A stretch of DNA of 64,000 nucleotides, taken from positions 2,356,001-2,420,000 of the forward strand of contig OZ296659.1 of assembly GCA_965655095.1 (NCBI GenBank), in the 5' to 3' direction. The translations under genes and the position numbers were made by a program. The notes under the pieces were generated by a model that had not been told where the DNA came from, searched no databases, and saw only the letters and a program-made list of their open reading frames with translations. This DNA comes from Haplodiscus bocki. Lineage: Eukaryota. Shown one piece after another: positions 44,901 to 60,340 of this stretch; position 1 is the stretch's first letter, and every line of letters begins with the position of its first letter.

Positions 44901-47900
44901 CCACACTAGACAACGCTGTCACATAGTTGTCGATTGTTATTGGGTTAGACTGGGGATCATTCACACCTAAACTGTGTTGTGGCAGATTCTTCAGGACGTT
45001 GTCATTAATTCTACTTTTTTCGACTTCCAAGAAGCTAGCGTGGCTTTCCGAAGTCCCGGCGTTGCACCCATAGTGCAATTTTGTCCAAATGCTGGTTGTC
45101 TGACTTGATTGTCAAGACCAATCGCACACATTGCTCCACCAGAAGGTACACTCACGTTCTCGTTTGATCGTGGGAAAATTAACCACCTAGAATTGAAAAA
45201 AGTAATTACTCAAGGTAAGGCAGCGAGCGTGGGCCGGCGCAAGATTGGCTTTACATTCACTATCAGTCGGTTTTTATCACCAGTGGAAACCGTGAAAATA
45301 GACGTATTGCTTTTAGCCTACTTGAAGAGGACATTCGGTTAGAAATGAGCTTCCACAAGACACGTGTTCAGCGTCAAAACATCGAGACTGGTTTCGGCTC
45401 TACAGGAACATGAAAAGAAGCTGCAAGTTCCGTTTCTTCTGAGCAAGCAATCATCGGATACGCGATGCAATTCTGATTCAGTAGCGAAAGACGATGGGAA
45501 ACAACCTGCCACCATGAAAACATGAAAAGTTGCACAATCTGGACAAGAAAAAACGCAATGCTGACTGGGAGAATTTTAGGTTAGCGATTGCTAGTTGAAT
45601 CAGAGAATAAAAGGGTTTTTTAACGGAAAAGTGATCGAAGCTTTTGAAAAAGTAACTGCTCTAGGCATTGCCGAAAACCAGCTTTTCGATGAATTCGCAT
45701 CATTTTGTGAAAAAAAACGGCCGATTAAAGTCGCGTAGTTTCAGTTGCAGCACTCTTGGTCGACCACAAACTGAAAGGTCCCGAAGAGATACTGAACCTT
45801 CTGTCGAAAATGGAGAAAACAGAAAAGTTGAAGGCCGTTTGTGACTTTTATCTGGCGAGCAATGCCGACTTTATCAAAGGCCGGAATAAAGATCTACTCT
45901 TGTATACAGTGGACATAATGGGGAAGGAAAACTTTGTGCTGTATGTAGGTGCTTCTTTTGTAGCAAAAAATAAAGATAAAATAATGTTGACATCTTTGCT
46001 TCCCTAATCGCCCGCAATTTTGCAGTTTTTCACTTTCCACAAAATTGTAATGTTTTCGGAGAAGACGCCAATCGACTTATTCTCCTTTCCAATGGTCAAT
46101 GATCCAAAGGAAAATTGGATCAATCGAATGATTGAAATATTCTGTCTACACTTTTCCACTACTTTCATTTCTCCAGCCTCCGTTTGATTTTGTGGAAACG
46201 TACTCTTGCTTTTGACTTTAAGTCTTGTGCAGTCGTTTTGGTATTGATTGAGGAATGCCGAGAAACAAACATGGCACAGTCTCAGTCCTCGATCCGAGTG
46301 TTCTCGTGACGGCACTATGAATGACTGTCCATATGTACTTGATGTTGAAACCTATGAAAACCAAGCGTTGTTTCTAACTTCGGTTAATTGCCATTTTCTT
46401 CCCACAGAACAGAACCGTGAGCAAAAGAAAATTGCACTGAAAAGCAAGTGATTTCAAGGAGCCTCGATAACTAGGAACAGGGCACCTTTTGCAGGATTAG
46501 GCAATTATGGCATACTACCCACTTAGCTTTAAGTCAACGAAACCAACTTCGTATCAAGAGCCAGGCACAGTGACTCAAACTTAGTAAAGCCTACTAGATA
46601 GCTGAAATGAGCGAATCTCTTTCATGGCCAGGCATTTGAACTTTGGCTCGGTGAGACCTAAAATTCTCTGCTCACATTGTTTGCGTTCAGTTGTAAGACC
46701 CTGAGACATGAAATGAAAGTTATTGCGAAAGGCAACTAGCCCGTGCATCAAAAAAAGTTCATTTGCTCTGGCAAAACTGAACTTCGGTTTACTTTCGAAA
46801 GGTGGAATCTATGCTGGTTGAGGTAAAAACGCGTCCGAACTTGCCTTCAATAGTACCTCGAAAACGAAAAAGTGGCCTGCTTCGTTACACTGAATGAAAT
46901 TTCTACTCAAAGGAAAAATCTACCACAAAAAAGTTGGCAAAGCAAAACAAGGCCGTAGTCGTTCTTTTGTTCAAGGTACTGTAGTTGAGAGGTGAGCAAA
47001 GATCGTCGCAAACTCAGCGTTATGGGACCCACTCACTGCTGTGGTCAAAGTTTGCATCGCGTTTCGTTACCCTATGAAATACACTGTTTGAGCAGATTTT
47101 CAGATTAGATTGCACTGCGCACTTCGACCCCTAAACAGAAACAAGAAGCCTTTCTCGATTGGGTAAGGGAAGGCACAAAGCAAAAGGGAAAGCTCAGAGT
47201 TCAATATTCTCAGTCGGGCAGGAAATTTTGCTGATTGGAACACCCAAAATTTTGACGCATAATACCAATATGCAACAGCTCAAATGGAGCGGGTATTTTC
47301 ATGGTTCGTTTGTGGTTTCTCCCAGTAGAGTCTTTTCTATTTTTCATTCCTTAAATTGCTATTCAGCACCATTAAATTTACGGGTCTGCTCTCCCTTTCG
47401 ATGACATCTGATGCAGAAATTCAGATATCAATTTAAAATTAGTTCGAAAACAACTTGATAATCGAATTGCTAACGAGAAGTTTCCTGAAGCAAATTCAGT
47501 TTTTTGGTTCAACGCATCAACAATTGTTTCATGGTTTGAAATGACATGTGTGAATCCGTTGATTAAATTGAACAGCTGATTCGTTCGATCTGAAACTTGA
47601 AACAATTGGAGCAAACTGTCAAAATTTCAAACAGCGCTGTTTGTTTTATTCACTCAGACCGAGTGAACGTTTGTTGTTCGTGTCGAACAATTGATTTTCA
47701 TCAAATTAGTAAAATAAAACAGCACATTGCTTCGCCGGCAACAAAATTGATTACTATTGTCACCCACCTAATTTTCGCACTCGAATAAAGTTGGGAAGGT
47801 AGCAGCTAAACTTCCAGAAAAACTAGTGTTTCAGTTTTGATTGTTCAAAACTGCTGGAGAACATTGCTTCGTATTAGAAAAATAATGACGAAGTTGCTCC

Positions 47901-48874
47901 TCTTTATTTTGGAAGCTTTATGCCATAAGGAAAATTGGTGGTGGTTTCAGGACAAACAACTTACGATTGAAAAAATTTCGTCCGAACCTTTGATCTTTAC
48001 TTTTGAACTTGGTGCATCATTTGGCAGAGAAAAACCATTTTGACATTTCAAAATGAACAAAAACTATATTCTTTGCAGAGCACTGAAATTGATGTACAGT
48101 TTTCCAAAAGTTTCAATATTAGGGGTGATCAATTTAGATACAAATAAATTTGAGAATTGGAAATGGAATTCTATATTTATCGAAAGATTATTCTTCGCTT
48201 GACGAAACATTCTAGAGGTTTTACACCATCTGAAAGTCTTGTAGAAAGTCATAAACTTTTCCTTCAAAGATCAGTTTTGTTTTAATGGAACTCCGGGGCT
48301 CTGGCTATTGACTTAACAGGACGGGCGAAAGTCTAGTAGGAATAAACTGTAGAAATTTTGTAGACTAATGGCGATTTGGAAGGTCGGGAAAAAAATTATC
48401 CAAGTCACTTGTCGTAAAAGGAGAAATGTCTATTTTGATGGTTTTAAGAAACAAAGCAAGCAGAGAACAGCTCAAAAACGCAAAACTCAAAAGTGAGGAG
48501 GAATGCGTTCTTGTTTTCCTAGTATCGTAGTTTTTCATGAGATGCAGTGTTTCAATGTTGAGCAGCATTTCTCTGAAAGAATTTGATAGAACATTTCTTA
48601 ACGAAGCGCACCAGTCAATCAAATTATGCGGGTGCAATATGTTCAAACATTGACTCAGATTGAGCAGAAAAGACCATTTTCATCAAAGTTAATTTTCATC
48701 CGATACTTGAAGTAGAAACCAAACCGTATCCAGGTTTGAGAAGCTGCCAAAGTTGTCATGAAGCTAAAGCGAGCGTTCGCAGAGCACGAATAACCTAGAA
48801 TGAAAAAGCTTAACTTCATTAGTTTGACGGTCTTCTAATGTGGACTAAAAATGTCATTCTACTGCAGTGAGCAT
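41907..48874. mobile_element. ~7-kb foldback/palindromic element with nested inverted repeats and possible hAT transposase remnants
   Basis: Outer IR 41907-42137 / 48659-48874; inner IR ~42476-44880 / ~45240-47631 (mirror ORFs 42702..42947- and 47159..47404+ are nearly identical). HPHNL and TPNI...FSALQRI at 48064-48646 resemble hAT motifs. Confidence 0.75.
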
Positions 48875-49399
48875 TAAATTATGAGACTACCCATCTGCAA
48901 CCCCCTTACATAAACTTCTTATGCCTCTTGAAAAGATGAAAAAGTCTCTCTTTAAAAGAAGTCTCCCTTTTTCATATAAATTTAACAAATAAAAATGGAA
49001 ATTTACTCATTTTGCAAAAAAACTTCACAATTAAGGTGGAATGGACATTAGAAAAAATTCGGTTGACAAGCATGCTGTAGCAACCTCTCCACGTTCAATG
49101 ATTTGGAAGAAGCCTGACCATTTTTTCAAAAAAGATAAAAACTTCGTATGTTTTTAGGGAACTCACCATTTTTATAGCAATGTTGCAGCAATTTTGTGAG
49201 TTCACATTCAGAATCGTCGTTATCGTCATCATTTTGCCGGAAAGTAACATTCATACAATATCAATTGACAAAATAGCGTATAAAAATCTTCGGATTTCTT
49301 CATTGAAGTAGATGAATTCATATTTTACCATTGCGATCAATGAGTTGGCACTATTACAGAAAAACAATATCAATAAAATTATACGTTAAGAGTAATTAT

Positions 49400-52300
49400 G
49401 CAAAACTTATATTTGATCTTGGAAAACCTTGGGAAACTAAGGTTTCTGGTTGACTTGCGTAAACTAACAAGCTGGTATCCGACAACTATATCAAAAACAA
49501 ACACCCCATTAGCACATTAACACACACTGCACAACATATGGCAGGCAAAAACTTTTTCGGCAAACTCGAATGTCCCGAAGCATACCGTTGACGATTTTCT
49601 TACAGACGCCAATACGCCCAAAGAAGTGATCAAAAACTTCCGAGCCGTAATTCAGCGCCTACAAGAGGCAAAAGTGAAACTCCCCATGACTGAGAGCCAT
49701 TTTGGGGTAGAAAAGGTTGATTTCCTTAGAAAAACAATACACCAGGAGTATCACCACAGAACGGAAAAGTGCATGATATTTGGAAGGAAACAAGTCCCAC
49801 GCTCCATAAAGCACTCCAACGCTACATCGTATTCTCGAAGTAAAACACAAAACAAACTCATAGATTGGATGCACAACTAGTCCCATGCATTCAAGTCCGC
49901 AAAACAATTGACAAAGTCACATTGACCCCAGAACTGATGAAAGAAATCAGGGAAACAAATAAAGCATTGGACCGTTTTGAAAACTCGCACTACGCCACCC
50001 ACTACCAAGTAAAAAACTACTCCTAATGAATATTGCAAGCGTTCAGGTGGCCGGATAGGCAGTACTCAGCGCACACGATCAAATTGAAAACAGGAGTCAG
50101 TAAGCAAAACCTATTATCTTAATAGCAAACAGACTGTTCATTTACGTAAGAGAGCTTTTGGCAAAGTACACAGACTTCAAAAAATTTGGATAAAAATTTG
50201 AGTGAACCACTACACCAGTTATAATCATGACCTAACGGGTCAGTCACATCATATCTTCCGACGAAAAGGATTTCGCCATCACTATGGAAATCTTATTTCG
50301 TCTTGCAATTTAAACTAAGTATGTGGAAATTTGACCGATGGAAAAAAGGCGAAAAACGTCAGACTCCATCCGGAGCCACCAGCTACTACAGGGCCTTGCG
50401 ACTATGACAATGACCTCCATAAAGACACTCCGACTGTCAATATCGAACAAAGGAGCGAACCGTAACGCAAATTATTTGAAAAAGGTTCAGACCCAACTCA
50501 ACTAAACTTCACACATGAAATTTAGGTTTTCGACTCGATGATCAATTACTCATAAATGACCAAAATCCATCGACTACTGCAGAAACAAGAAACGTATCAT
50601 CAACAAGGATGGCAACCTACATAGATAATAATACATTGAAGTTGTCGAAATTACAAGTCCTACTGCCCGGACAAATACTTAGAACATCACTGCAGTCACT
50701 ACATGACTCGTTGGGCTAACATCCAGTAATCACAAAAAAAACGCAATGAATACGCGAAAATTAAAATTTTACATGATTGGCAGCCTACGTGACAAAATGA
50801 GTCCGAAATTGTGAAAATTGAACCCAGGACACACGCATTACTAAACAAATTACACCAGATCTTATCGACCTGCCAGAAAGATATATAGGAATTGAAGCTC
50901 TCATGCGAAAAGATTTACGAGAACCGCCACCTATTGGAGGCTATGATAAAAGTATCACCGCAATTGCTATATTATACAGATATGCATTTGCATATCTAGT
51001 TTCTGACCTGACTACTGTCAACGTCGCATAAATCATCACTGATATCGACTTGACATGCCTATCTACCCACAATCACTATCCGACAAAGGATTGTTCTCCG
51101 TGTTTCAATCATAAATGAAGTAGTCGACGTGTTGGGCATTACCTTGAAACATGGGATAAATAAACATGTGCAAATTATTGGTATCCTAGAAAAAGCCTAC
51201 GGCAAAACCAAGAAATTTCCGGAATGGCGTCAGGCGAATATCGCAAACAATGGTACAAATATCTATCACTACTAATTTCAAATTGCAATACAAGAAATCA
51301 TTCCAGTATTGACTGCGAACAAAGTCGATTTTTCTCGGAAAGTTCAACAACCTCGACAATGAACTCTGATCAAAATTCAAAAAATATATAGCTCCAGCTA
51401 GACTTTGCTGATGAACTATTCCGACGAACTCAAGACTTAAACAAAACAAAGAACAAGTCATAGTCTTACATCAAAAACAAAGATATTACGACAAGAAAGC
51501 CAAACTTTCCTCAGTAAAAAAGACTAGTGTCATTACAAACTGTAGCCAGAAGAAGACGGTCATGTGTCAAAAAATGCTTTCCGTAACTTTCCGTCGATTG
51601 GCTAACATGTTGTAGAGAAGGTGCGTCTGAATGAGAGTTTCATTGTAAGCGGAGTTACCACAAATGAAAAAAAAATTCACAGAATACGTCTTGAAAAAAA
51701 CCCTAAGACTCCTGAAGACAACTATCAAGATGTCAAATGGCAAACTGGTTCCAAAACTGCCATATCACAAAATGACCCATACACCATTGCATGGTAGGTT
51801 AAATCTGGCGGCCCAAAAATCGAAAATCTTTAAAAAAATACAGAACCTAACTTATCTGACTAGGAAGAGGGTCATACGTAAGTGCCAGATAGCGTCAATG
51901 TCCCTGCACATCTTCTCAGTAATGATAATAACAGAACTGCCGCAGGAGTCTTGAACAAAGATTCAAGCTTTACGCCGGCTCTAGTTCATAGAGCTTGGAA
52001 TCAACTCCCAGTCAATTTCCGATAGGAGGACTATTATGATTTCTTCAATGGAATAGTCTTCAACTACTCCCAGGTATCGATACCTTCAATTTCAGTACTC
52101 TCAAATTCTCCCGAACCAAGCACTCTAAATATATCAATTCCTCTAAATTGCAGATTGGCTTTCTAATTCGATTATCAAGGAAATATTGAAAAGAAAAATC
52201 CTGGTTATCAACCACCTTTCGTTAAGCATTAAACGTGGTTCAGCCCTGAATTGGAAAATTCGACTGAAATTATAACTTCACAGATGCCATGGAATAAATG

Positions 52301-54450
52301 TGTTCGAAGTTCTTTACATTCCAATCAACAACTTGAAAAACAAATAGTTGATAACTTTAGGAATGAAGGTACGTACTGCAAGCACAGTTGAAGGATATGA
52401 GCTCCGAAACACGCTGAATATATATTACTTTACCAAAATTAGTTTGTAAGTTCCGATGTAAGTTAATGCGTTTGTTTACATAAAAAGCGAAGCAGGAAGC
52501 AAAATACACTTTGATGAAACACTATTTAATCACGTTCAGAAACAGATGGCGTCATCGAGGTCAGATAAGAAACGACTGATTAACAAGATTTACATCTGTC
52601 AAGAATGTAAGAAAACAATCTAGAAATAAGGACATCTAGCCAGAAAAATACATAAAAAAGTTATTTCGAAAAGTTCCATGAAAAAATCTACCATCATCAA
52701 AGTTAAAGCCGGCTTGTAACATTCATTGATATGTAAGAATGACTTCTATGTAAACAATTTTATCAGAACGGTAACACTTAGCATTGTAAAAGAACATCAG
52801 ATACCGACATTTCCAAGAGTAAAAGGCACAAGTTAGGAGTAACTAGGAAGGATAAAGCGCCACGATGAGAATTTGTGGCAGCGTGTAGTTTTGTCAAACA
52901 ACCGTGAATCACTTCTGAATAAGCACTGTTACAAAAACATCGGCTTTCACGTCCCGGAGGAGCACCGAAATGTGATTCATGTGTTGTGAAAAAAATTCGT
53001 AAAAATCCACTTAGTTCAGAGAGAAGAAGCCGCACGATACAATTTGGCGCAGGTGTCTGTATAGACAAGCCAGTACTGCAACGCTGCTTGTTCAGCAGTG
53101 GGGTAAAACCGTACCCATCTTTACTTTCAAGAATTGTTCATGTTTCTTCATTGATGTAGATTTACTTATCTTCTCCCAGTTATGATATCTATGATGAGGT
53201 GTAACATCAAAACGTAGCACCAACAATGCACCAGAAAATTTTCAGCTGAACATTCAATTCATTTTTGAGGTATTGAAGTTGACCGTTTTCAAAGGGTGTA
53301 ACTTTAGAGAATTTAAAACACACTAATTCGAACCAAAATGGTAGAATTGATTACAAGAAAGTTTCTGCGTAATTGTTATTACGATCGAAAAACCATCCAA
53401 TAAATCTGTAGTCGCTAATGTGCGGTAATGGTTAATCCTCAAACTGATGTCAACCTTTTGACCAGATTTTCACGGGTACATTTAAAAAACCTATGTAGGG
53501 TGTGAGGCGCCAACAAACAATGATGGTCAAAAGGAAGAAATTACTCACCTCATGACCCCTTTTCAACAGACCAATCCCAAAATCATCTACTAAAACAAAT
53601 GAGGGATCCTCAACCTTTTACTATCCCAGAAAAGAACTGATTCAAATGATGAATTTAAAGATCCCAAACTATTCACTAATCTTAAGGCTGAATCCATTGA
53701 ATCCATGCAAGATTCATTCCTTAGCAGAAGAAGCTCCCCTTCAAAAGGTGAATCATATGTCCCGACTACTGAACAAAACAAATCACCAGAAAACGCGATT
53801 CATCCAAGAGCAAGAAAAATGACCTATGACCAAAACCTAACCCAAACTACCCAGACATTTACAGATATTGATGTGTACAAAAAATTATTCACTAATTGCT
53901 CTAGATTTTCGGAACACAAATCAAATACCGTTTTTCGGACATGCTCACCATAGAAACATGAACAGATTTCAATTTGCAGGCTTAATTGGTACCTAAAGAG
54001 CACGGTTAGTCCAAGCTGGATAAAAATTGGGTCTTTGTGCCGGAGAACGACGTTGTATAGCTAATTTAACCGAAATTTGAGAAGATGATCCATCTGATGA
54101 AGAAGTATCAACATCAGCATCAACACAGAGTCTTGTATGGTTTAGCTAACTCTAGAAAAATTTTCTCCCACTTACGAAAAACCAAGACTGTCCGAAGGAC
54201 TGCAATTGCGCCTGAACGCTTGATCAGAGAAACTGCCTATAACTTGGATGAAAGAGGAAATATATTCAAGATCGGTGGAAAATACTATAGAAGGGACTTG
54301 AAAAATAAAAATCTCAGGAGGTTCAATGAATTCGGCTAAATTAACCTCAGCAATACCGCGTGAAGGAGACTCAAGTCCTACCGAAGGCAACTACAAACAA
54401 TCATTACCCACACACAAGCAACACACCTTGGACACATAATAAATGTACTT
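49400..54450 (+). mobile_element. Decayed Gypsy-like LTR retrotransposon (RT-RNaseH-integrase remnants); LTRs not found
   Basis: FLVDLRKL (~49443), GKLECPEAY, VDD, QRLQEAKVKL...HFGVEKVDFL, integrase-like H..G.HP.ITK, GGY...ITAI..YRYAFAY, SDKG, VVEKV..NE.FIV. The right boundary is approximate. Confidence 0.75.
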
Positions 54451-54549
54451 TCGTTTTGAAAGTTCAGGGCAACTGGCAAGGAATGTGACCAAATTCTCCA
54501 CGACCGTTCATGTTAAAAGATCACAAACATAGACATGCCAGAGGTCCTT

Positions 54550-57300
54550 ATCAAACTCCACGTAATCGTCCGAATGAACATTTTTCAAACCAGTTGCTAT
54601 CCACCAAAGAACTTAAACTGTGGAACATATGAGGATTAATATCCTGCAACTGACGAAGAATAAATAGGGCGCAAAAATCAGATCCATTTCCACAAAGAGA
54701 TCGCACTTGAAAGTCCGGTGTTTCAATGATTCTTTTGACATATATCGAATGCATATCCGGCCATTGACAATAAATGTAATAAAATACTCGCCACAACAGC
54801 ACTAGCATTTGTTTGAAAAAACTTAGCCTGCTTGCCCTTCTCTCTCTCTCTCTCCATTCCGATCTTAGCTTTAGATTCGCCCGCGCGCATAAGTCCGACT
54901 CATGCAAACAAACAGGAATGACTAGGAAAATTTGAAATAAAATCAAACTCTCGTAGTTCCTTCCTCTCAGTCGTCGTTCTAATCAGGCCAACTTTCACGT
55001 TGCACAGTACATCGGAGCAAGTGATGGCAGAAATAAAGCAATTGTCTGCAGAAGAAACTTACTCGTTCTTGAACATGCTGAAATTCTTGACGTTCTCCAG
55101 CAACACGTTCTTCCACACGACATAATCGGGGGCCAGTGACGAAGCATTTCTGAACAACCAGAATTCAAAAACATGAATCTATATCGGAATATTCTGGAAA
55201 CTTGAAAAGGACAACACTGCTTAAAAGCATCGGGAGGCAATTGACAACAATTTAAAATTTTCATCTTAGACGCTGATTGAATGCAACGTTCACCAAGAGC
55301 CCGAACACCGCAGCAAGAGTTATCAGCATTGAAAACAGCAATCGTCCGCATGACGCTAAAATGATTGAGCTTCGAATTGTCGACTTGGATGGGAGTACGA
55401 TTGAACTGATAGAGGACATCAGCTGAATAAGTTGGCCTTTCGTGCAAGGCTTTGATAAACTTGGAAAGGCAACCCCCACAATTATCAACAAAAGCGTCTC
55501 TGGAAACACCATTCAACAACTGTGAGGCTGAATAAACGTTGCTTGTAAGGACTAGTATGCTTCTGCCACAATAAGCAACCACCATGCTCACCAAATGTTT
55601 GCCCTCCCACTTGACACTCAACTCCGACAAGTTGTTGAGGTACTAAACCACAGAAAAACATTCCTTCGGGCAATAACTTCAGCAACCTGTTTCATGACCT
55701 GCAAGAAATTATGAATAGCCCGAAACAACATACGGGACAAACATTGAAACAACGACCCCAATATTCCTTCAACAAAAACCAGCATCAACCTGTTACCTAG
55801 AAACAACGACAAAAAGACCAAACCCCATCCATGCAAACGATAATTACTGCATTACAAAATTCGATCATTAGCAACCAACGTAACCTTCACCAGCCCTCAT
55901 GATGATTAGAAATCAAAATAGCAGAGACCTTCGAAGAGCTCCATTTAAAAGACCCAGTGGAAGCTAAATGGCCTGTCATAACTGCTACTTGAGTACAATA
56001 ATCTTCAAGAGCACAAAGCTGTCCACCGCTCCTCAAAAACGTCAATAACAAATTAATTTGAATCAACATTAATACTGTAGAGGATTCAGTCGTAAAGGTC
56101 AAGGGTTGACCTTTTAGCACATCGGCCTCTTGTAACAAATCAGGAATACCAACAACCATCTAATGTACTCGTTTCCAACTTAGTTCTATACAACACTCGG
56201 GGATCTCGTCGAGTTCTCACAAGGGAATGTTTCTCACGGAAACGCTTGTACGCAAGGAAATGGTAATCCCGTTAACGGTTTTTTTTCCAACTCATAACCC
56301 TCGACTCCTCGGAAAGGTTCTTCTTGCATTTGAAACAAGAAGAAACTGCTAATTCTTCATAGGGTCGTCAACACCGAAAACGAAAATCTTCGCGCGCAGA
56401 ACCAGCACTTATATTTTTTCCGTGAACACATAATTACATTAGTTTTTTCTTCAAGCACGAAGCGGGTTTGGCGGCTCCTAGCATGACCACTGGAACAGAC
56501 TGGCCGGTTTATTCTTCAAATCCGACTTGAATTGACTAAGTTCCAGGCCTTCCAACAGCGGTCTGTGTACTGCAGAAAACTTCATCGGCCTGAAGGCTCG
56601 AACAGGCTCTTTGGGAGTCCAAAATTGGAGTCGGTTGAGTTTTTGCTGACTCGGTTATAGTAGGAAGAGAACGAGATATCACGCTTCCAGCAAACTTCTT
56701 TATGCGAGGGAAAGAAGACATCTTAACCGCCCTTCCTATATCGCGTAACACGCCTCCTGTCCGACTGGATTTCAATATTAGGTCTTCCAACATGCAGACA
56801 GATTCCACAAAAACTTCTAATCCAAATGTCCAAGCAAACAATCATTTGATGGGAACTAAAACAAGTTGTTTGATGGCTCGGATCGGTCTGTGTTGGAGGA
56901 TTGTGCTCAAGAACTCTCGAAAATTTTGCTGACTGACTAGAGTAAAATTTTGTACGCACAGTGTCTGCTCCTGGCTGTCTAGTAATTCGATGCTGATGGC
57001 AAACTAACTATCCCGTCAATGAAGCCACCTTTACAAACATTGGGCCCATTTCCGTGGGCAGTAAACGCGCTGTCGCTTCCTACTCAGAAACACCATACTC
57101 CGTCACAGTTTTATCATGGTGACTACTATCGGAGCATTTCTCTCCACTGACTGCTCCCACTCCAGCCTAAAAGACAACTTACTCCTCCTCAACCCTCTCT
57201 CCTACTTCAAAGGCTATAGTTTTAGAAGGTAGTGTTCCACAGAAACCCCAATCATTTCTGACAAGTTTTCCTTCGCTGGTACCGAGCTTCAGGTCGCAGG
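54550..57300 (-). mobile_element. Possible decayed DIRS/Ngaro-like tyrosine-recombinase retroelement
   Basis: Run of broken minus-strand ORFs with RNase H-like RDAF..CGG / IQVDNS / FNAD, RT-like LEDYCTQVAV upstream and FHSL downstream; weak motifs only. Confidence 0.3.
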
Positions 57301-60300
57301 GCAATAACAGTCCAATCGAACAAATACTTACGAAGCAACTACTTCGATTAAGGAGTCGTGGCTGTTCAACATGGGTTTTGTCAATTTACTGTCATTAAAG
57401 ACACACTATTACTATCATACATCATATACATATATACAACCTCAAGTCAAAGTCTGCCAAATTTACCTTTTAAACCGATTACTTCAGTTCACAACAACGA
57501 TTACAGTATTGCAAATCTGACAATCAATTTTATTGTTATTTCAAATTTATCATGCAAAATGGAGACATATTGTGTGTCCTAATCTGTCTAACTTACATTG
57601 TTGTAATTTTTTTTGTTGATATTCGAGATAATTAGTTTCAGCATCAAGAAAAATGATAGTTAATTTGCCAATTTTCAACGTGAGGAACAAACGGGTACTG
57701 CAACATTGATAAGTGCATCCAGTAGACATAAAACGAACCATAGGTTCATTGTGAATGATGAGAATAGAGGATATAATCGTGCTGAGGAAGGTGAAAGTGC
57801 AGTCAGAAGAGCAGACTTAGACAGGCAATCACACACTCATCACAGGGGTATCACGGAAGATATCGAAGTTTTTGGTGCTGAGTGTAAGAAGATGAGAACA
57901 AAATTTTGCTCTGAAGGTCAAAAAATTCTCCAAATGAAATGTATGGAGTTATCAAAAAACATCTTTATTTGTGCGCCGGATAATTTTTAGATTCAAAAAA
58001 AGTACCACGATTTTTTCTCGTTTCTTGCAAATTGAGAAGAAATTGAATGGTGCAATTCACTTTCATATCTGCTTCAAGTCTCCTTGGATCTGTTTTCGAA
58101 AGCTTCCGGCTCTTCGGTTTTGTTATCTTTGGGAAAATCTTGGTACGTTCTAGGTATGTACAGTATATATATTGTGTCGGTCAGTATAAATCGTCAGTTA
58201 TTACAAATGTCGACTACAGAGTGAGCTTTGCCATCTTTGAAAAAACTAAGTAATACTATTGTAGGGCTAGGTAAACTAAAACGCCGACTAAAACAGGTCT
58301 CGAACATCGAAGCATTCGAAAACGAAAGGGACTTCCAGCACGAAAATCGATCAGAATTTACATTGTTTCCAAAAATTGGTGAACGTGGCAGAAATTGGCA
58401 AAAATATAGGAATCAACGCCTACGAATGAAGCTGTAGCATTAAAGCTGTTTTGGATGAAGAGACCGAAAATATCCGAAAAAGAAAGAACACATATTGATG
58501 GTCGCTTTTAAAGCATTCAGGGAAACTCATTTTTCAGAACTTCAGATATCCACTAAATGAAGCAAAACCGTACTCTTGTGTCGAGGTCATATAGACTAGC
58601 ATCAGCAAAGTTGACCTGGATGTCAAAACAGCAAGAATTCGGATCAATCGGGGAGTTTAAGATTTTCGATTTTAATGAAGACAACCAGATACAGTGTTTA
58701 TCAATGAAAATATCGAAAATACAAAACGTTTTCAAATATCTATCGATTTGCATTGACTCATAGTCGATTCTTAGCTAACAGTTGATTTGCAAGGTAAATG
58801 AATGAAAAAATCGTCAGGAAATCACTAAATCCAGTTTTTTTGACAGACCGTAAAACACAAGAAGTACCCTTCTATGTATGGAAAACCTAACTGGTAAATC
58901 ATTTGAAAACAATTCTAAAACTACATTGACCTAGATTGGCGTTTTTGTATCGCATTGGTTTCGCCGGGTGACTAAAAAATCTCTATAGCAAGGCAAAATA
59001 CAAAAATTCGGGAAAAAAATTAGCTTTCCTGGCTTACTTTGACATTTTTTTCGAAACAATCAAATTTTCGAGACAGGCGAAACTCCGGTTAGTATCACTT
59101 GCACTAAAGGAAAACTAATGAACAAATGTATTCAATTTTCAAAGAAGCCATGATACTACGAAAACTAGTGATTGAACACTCAAATAAAAATTTAATAACG
59201 GAACTAATTCCCATAAAATTATATTCAGGTATAACAACTACGAACCCCTATGGCTTTATATTTAGAACAGAAGCACATAATAAAAAGGCCGCGTGAACAA
59301 GTCTTGCAACTGCGCGAGAGCGCATGAACAACTTTTCGCAAGAAAGCGGGGGCGAATGGACGACTTCAGGGAACAATAAAATCTAGAAACAAATGCGAGT
59401 TTATGGACGAATCAAAAAATCCACAGAAGCCTGCGATTTAACACTAGGTTGCGCAAAAATCTCTAAGGAAAAAGTGTTTTAGCATTGACTTCTGCTAGGT
59501 CTGAGGATAGTTAGATGATTCGCAAAGCAAAAATGCGGAAAAATTTGTAATTCGGATTTTTTTGTACAACAGAACATAATATTTTGCAATTTTTTTCCAC
59601 AAAAATACAAATGCTACCATAAATTATGCGTCAGTAATAGATTGTCTATTTCTGCGGAAAAAGATGGTTTTCTACCAGAAATTAACATAACTTGGGCGAA
59701 GAGAAAAACTAGCAAATTTTGTTTCCTTTTTAGGCTCGCGAATATGGCAAAACGCTTTTTAATACGTGCATAGTATTTAAGTTCACTATATAGTTGTATG
59801 AAAAAATAGTCGGCGTAGTCCCCATGATAACTTTCACCTTCGGCTTCGATATTAATACCATTGAGAACTACACTTGAATGGCTCAGCAACTTTCTACTTA
59901 GTCTCACTCACAAAAAAAATCAGGTATAGGTCAGTTCAATACACGACCTCTTCAATATTGGGAAACGAACTGGCAACAAAACACGTTGCTATTCCGAACT
60001 TTGAACACAGACTTAACTCCAGGGTAGCTAAATTCTTTAGCCCTAAGATACCAAACACAAATTTATACAAAGCAATGATCTATCCAATGATATGAAAAGT
60101 CCATACATGCTAGTAATCAAAAAATGGAAGTATTTATATTGGAAAAAGTCGACGTAGGAAATCAACATTTGACAACATTGCCGGATACCATAGCATCGTC
60201 AATACCTTCTCTAGAAAAAATTCTCGTTACACTAGTTAGATGTAACTAGTTTCATGACTTCAAAATATTTTCAACAATAAAATGTATCATTCATTCAACA

Positions 60301-60340
60301 TCACCCAATCCATAGGTTCGCTGACAAAAACCAGGTAACA

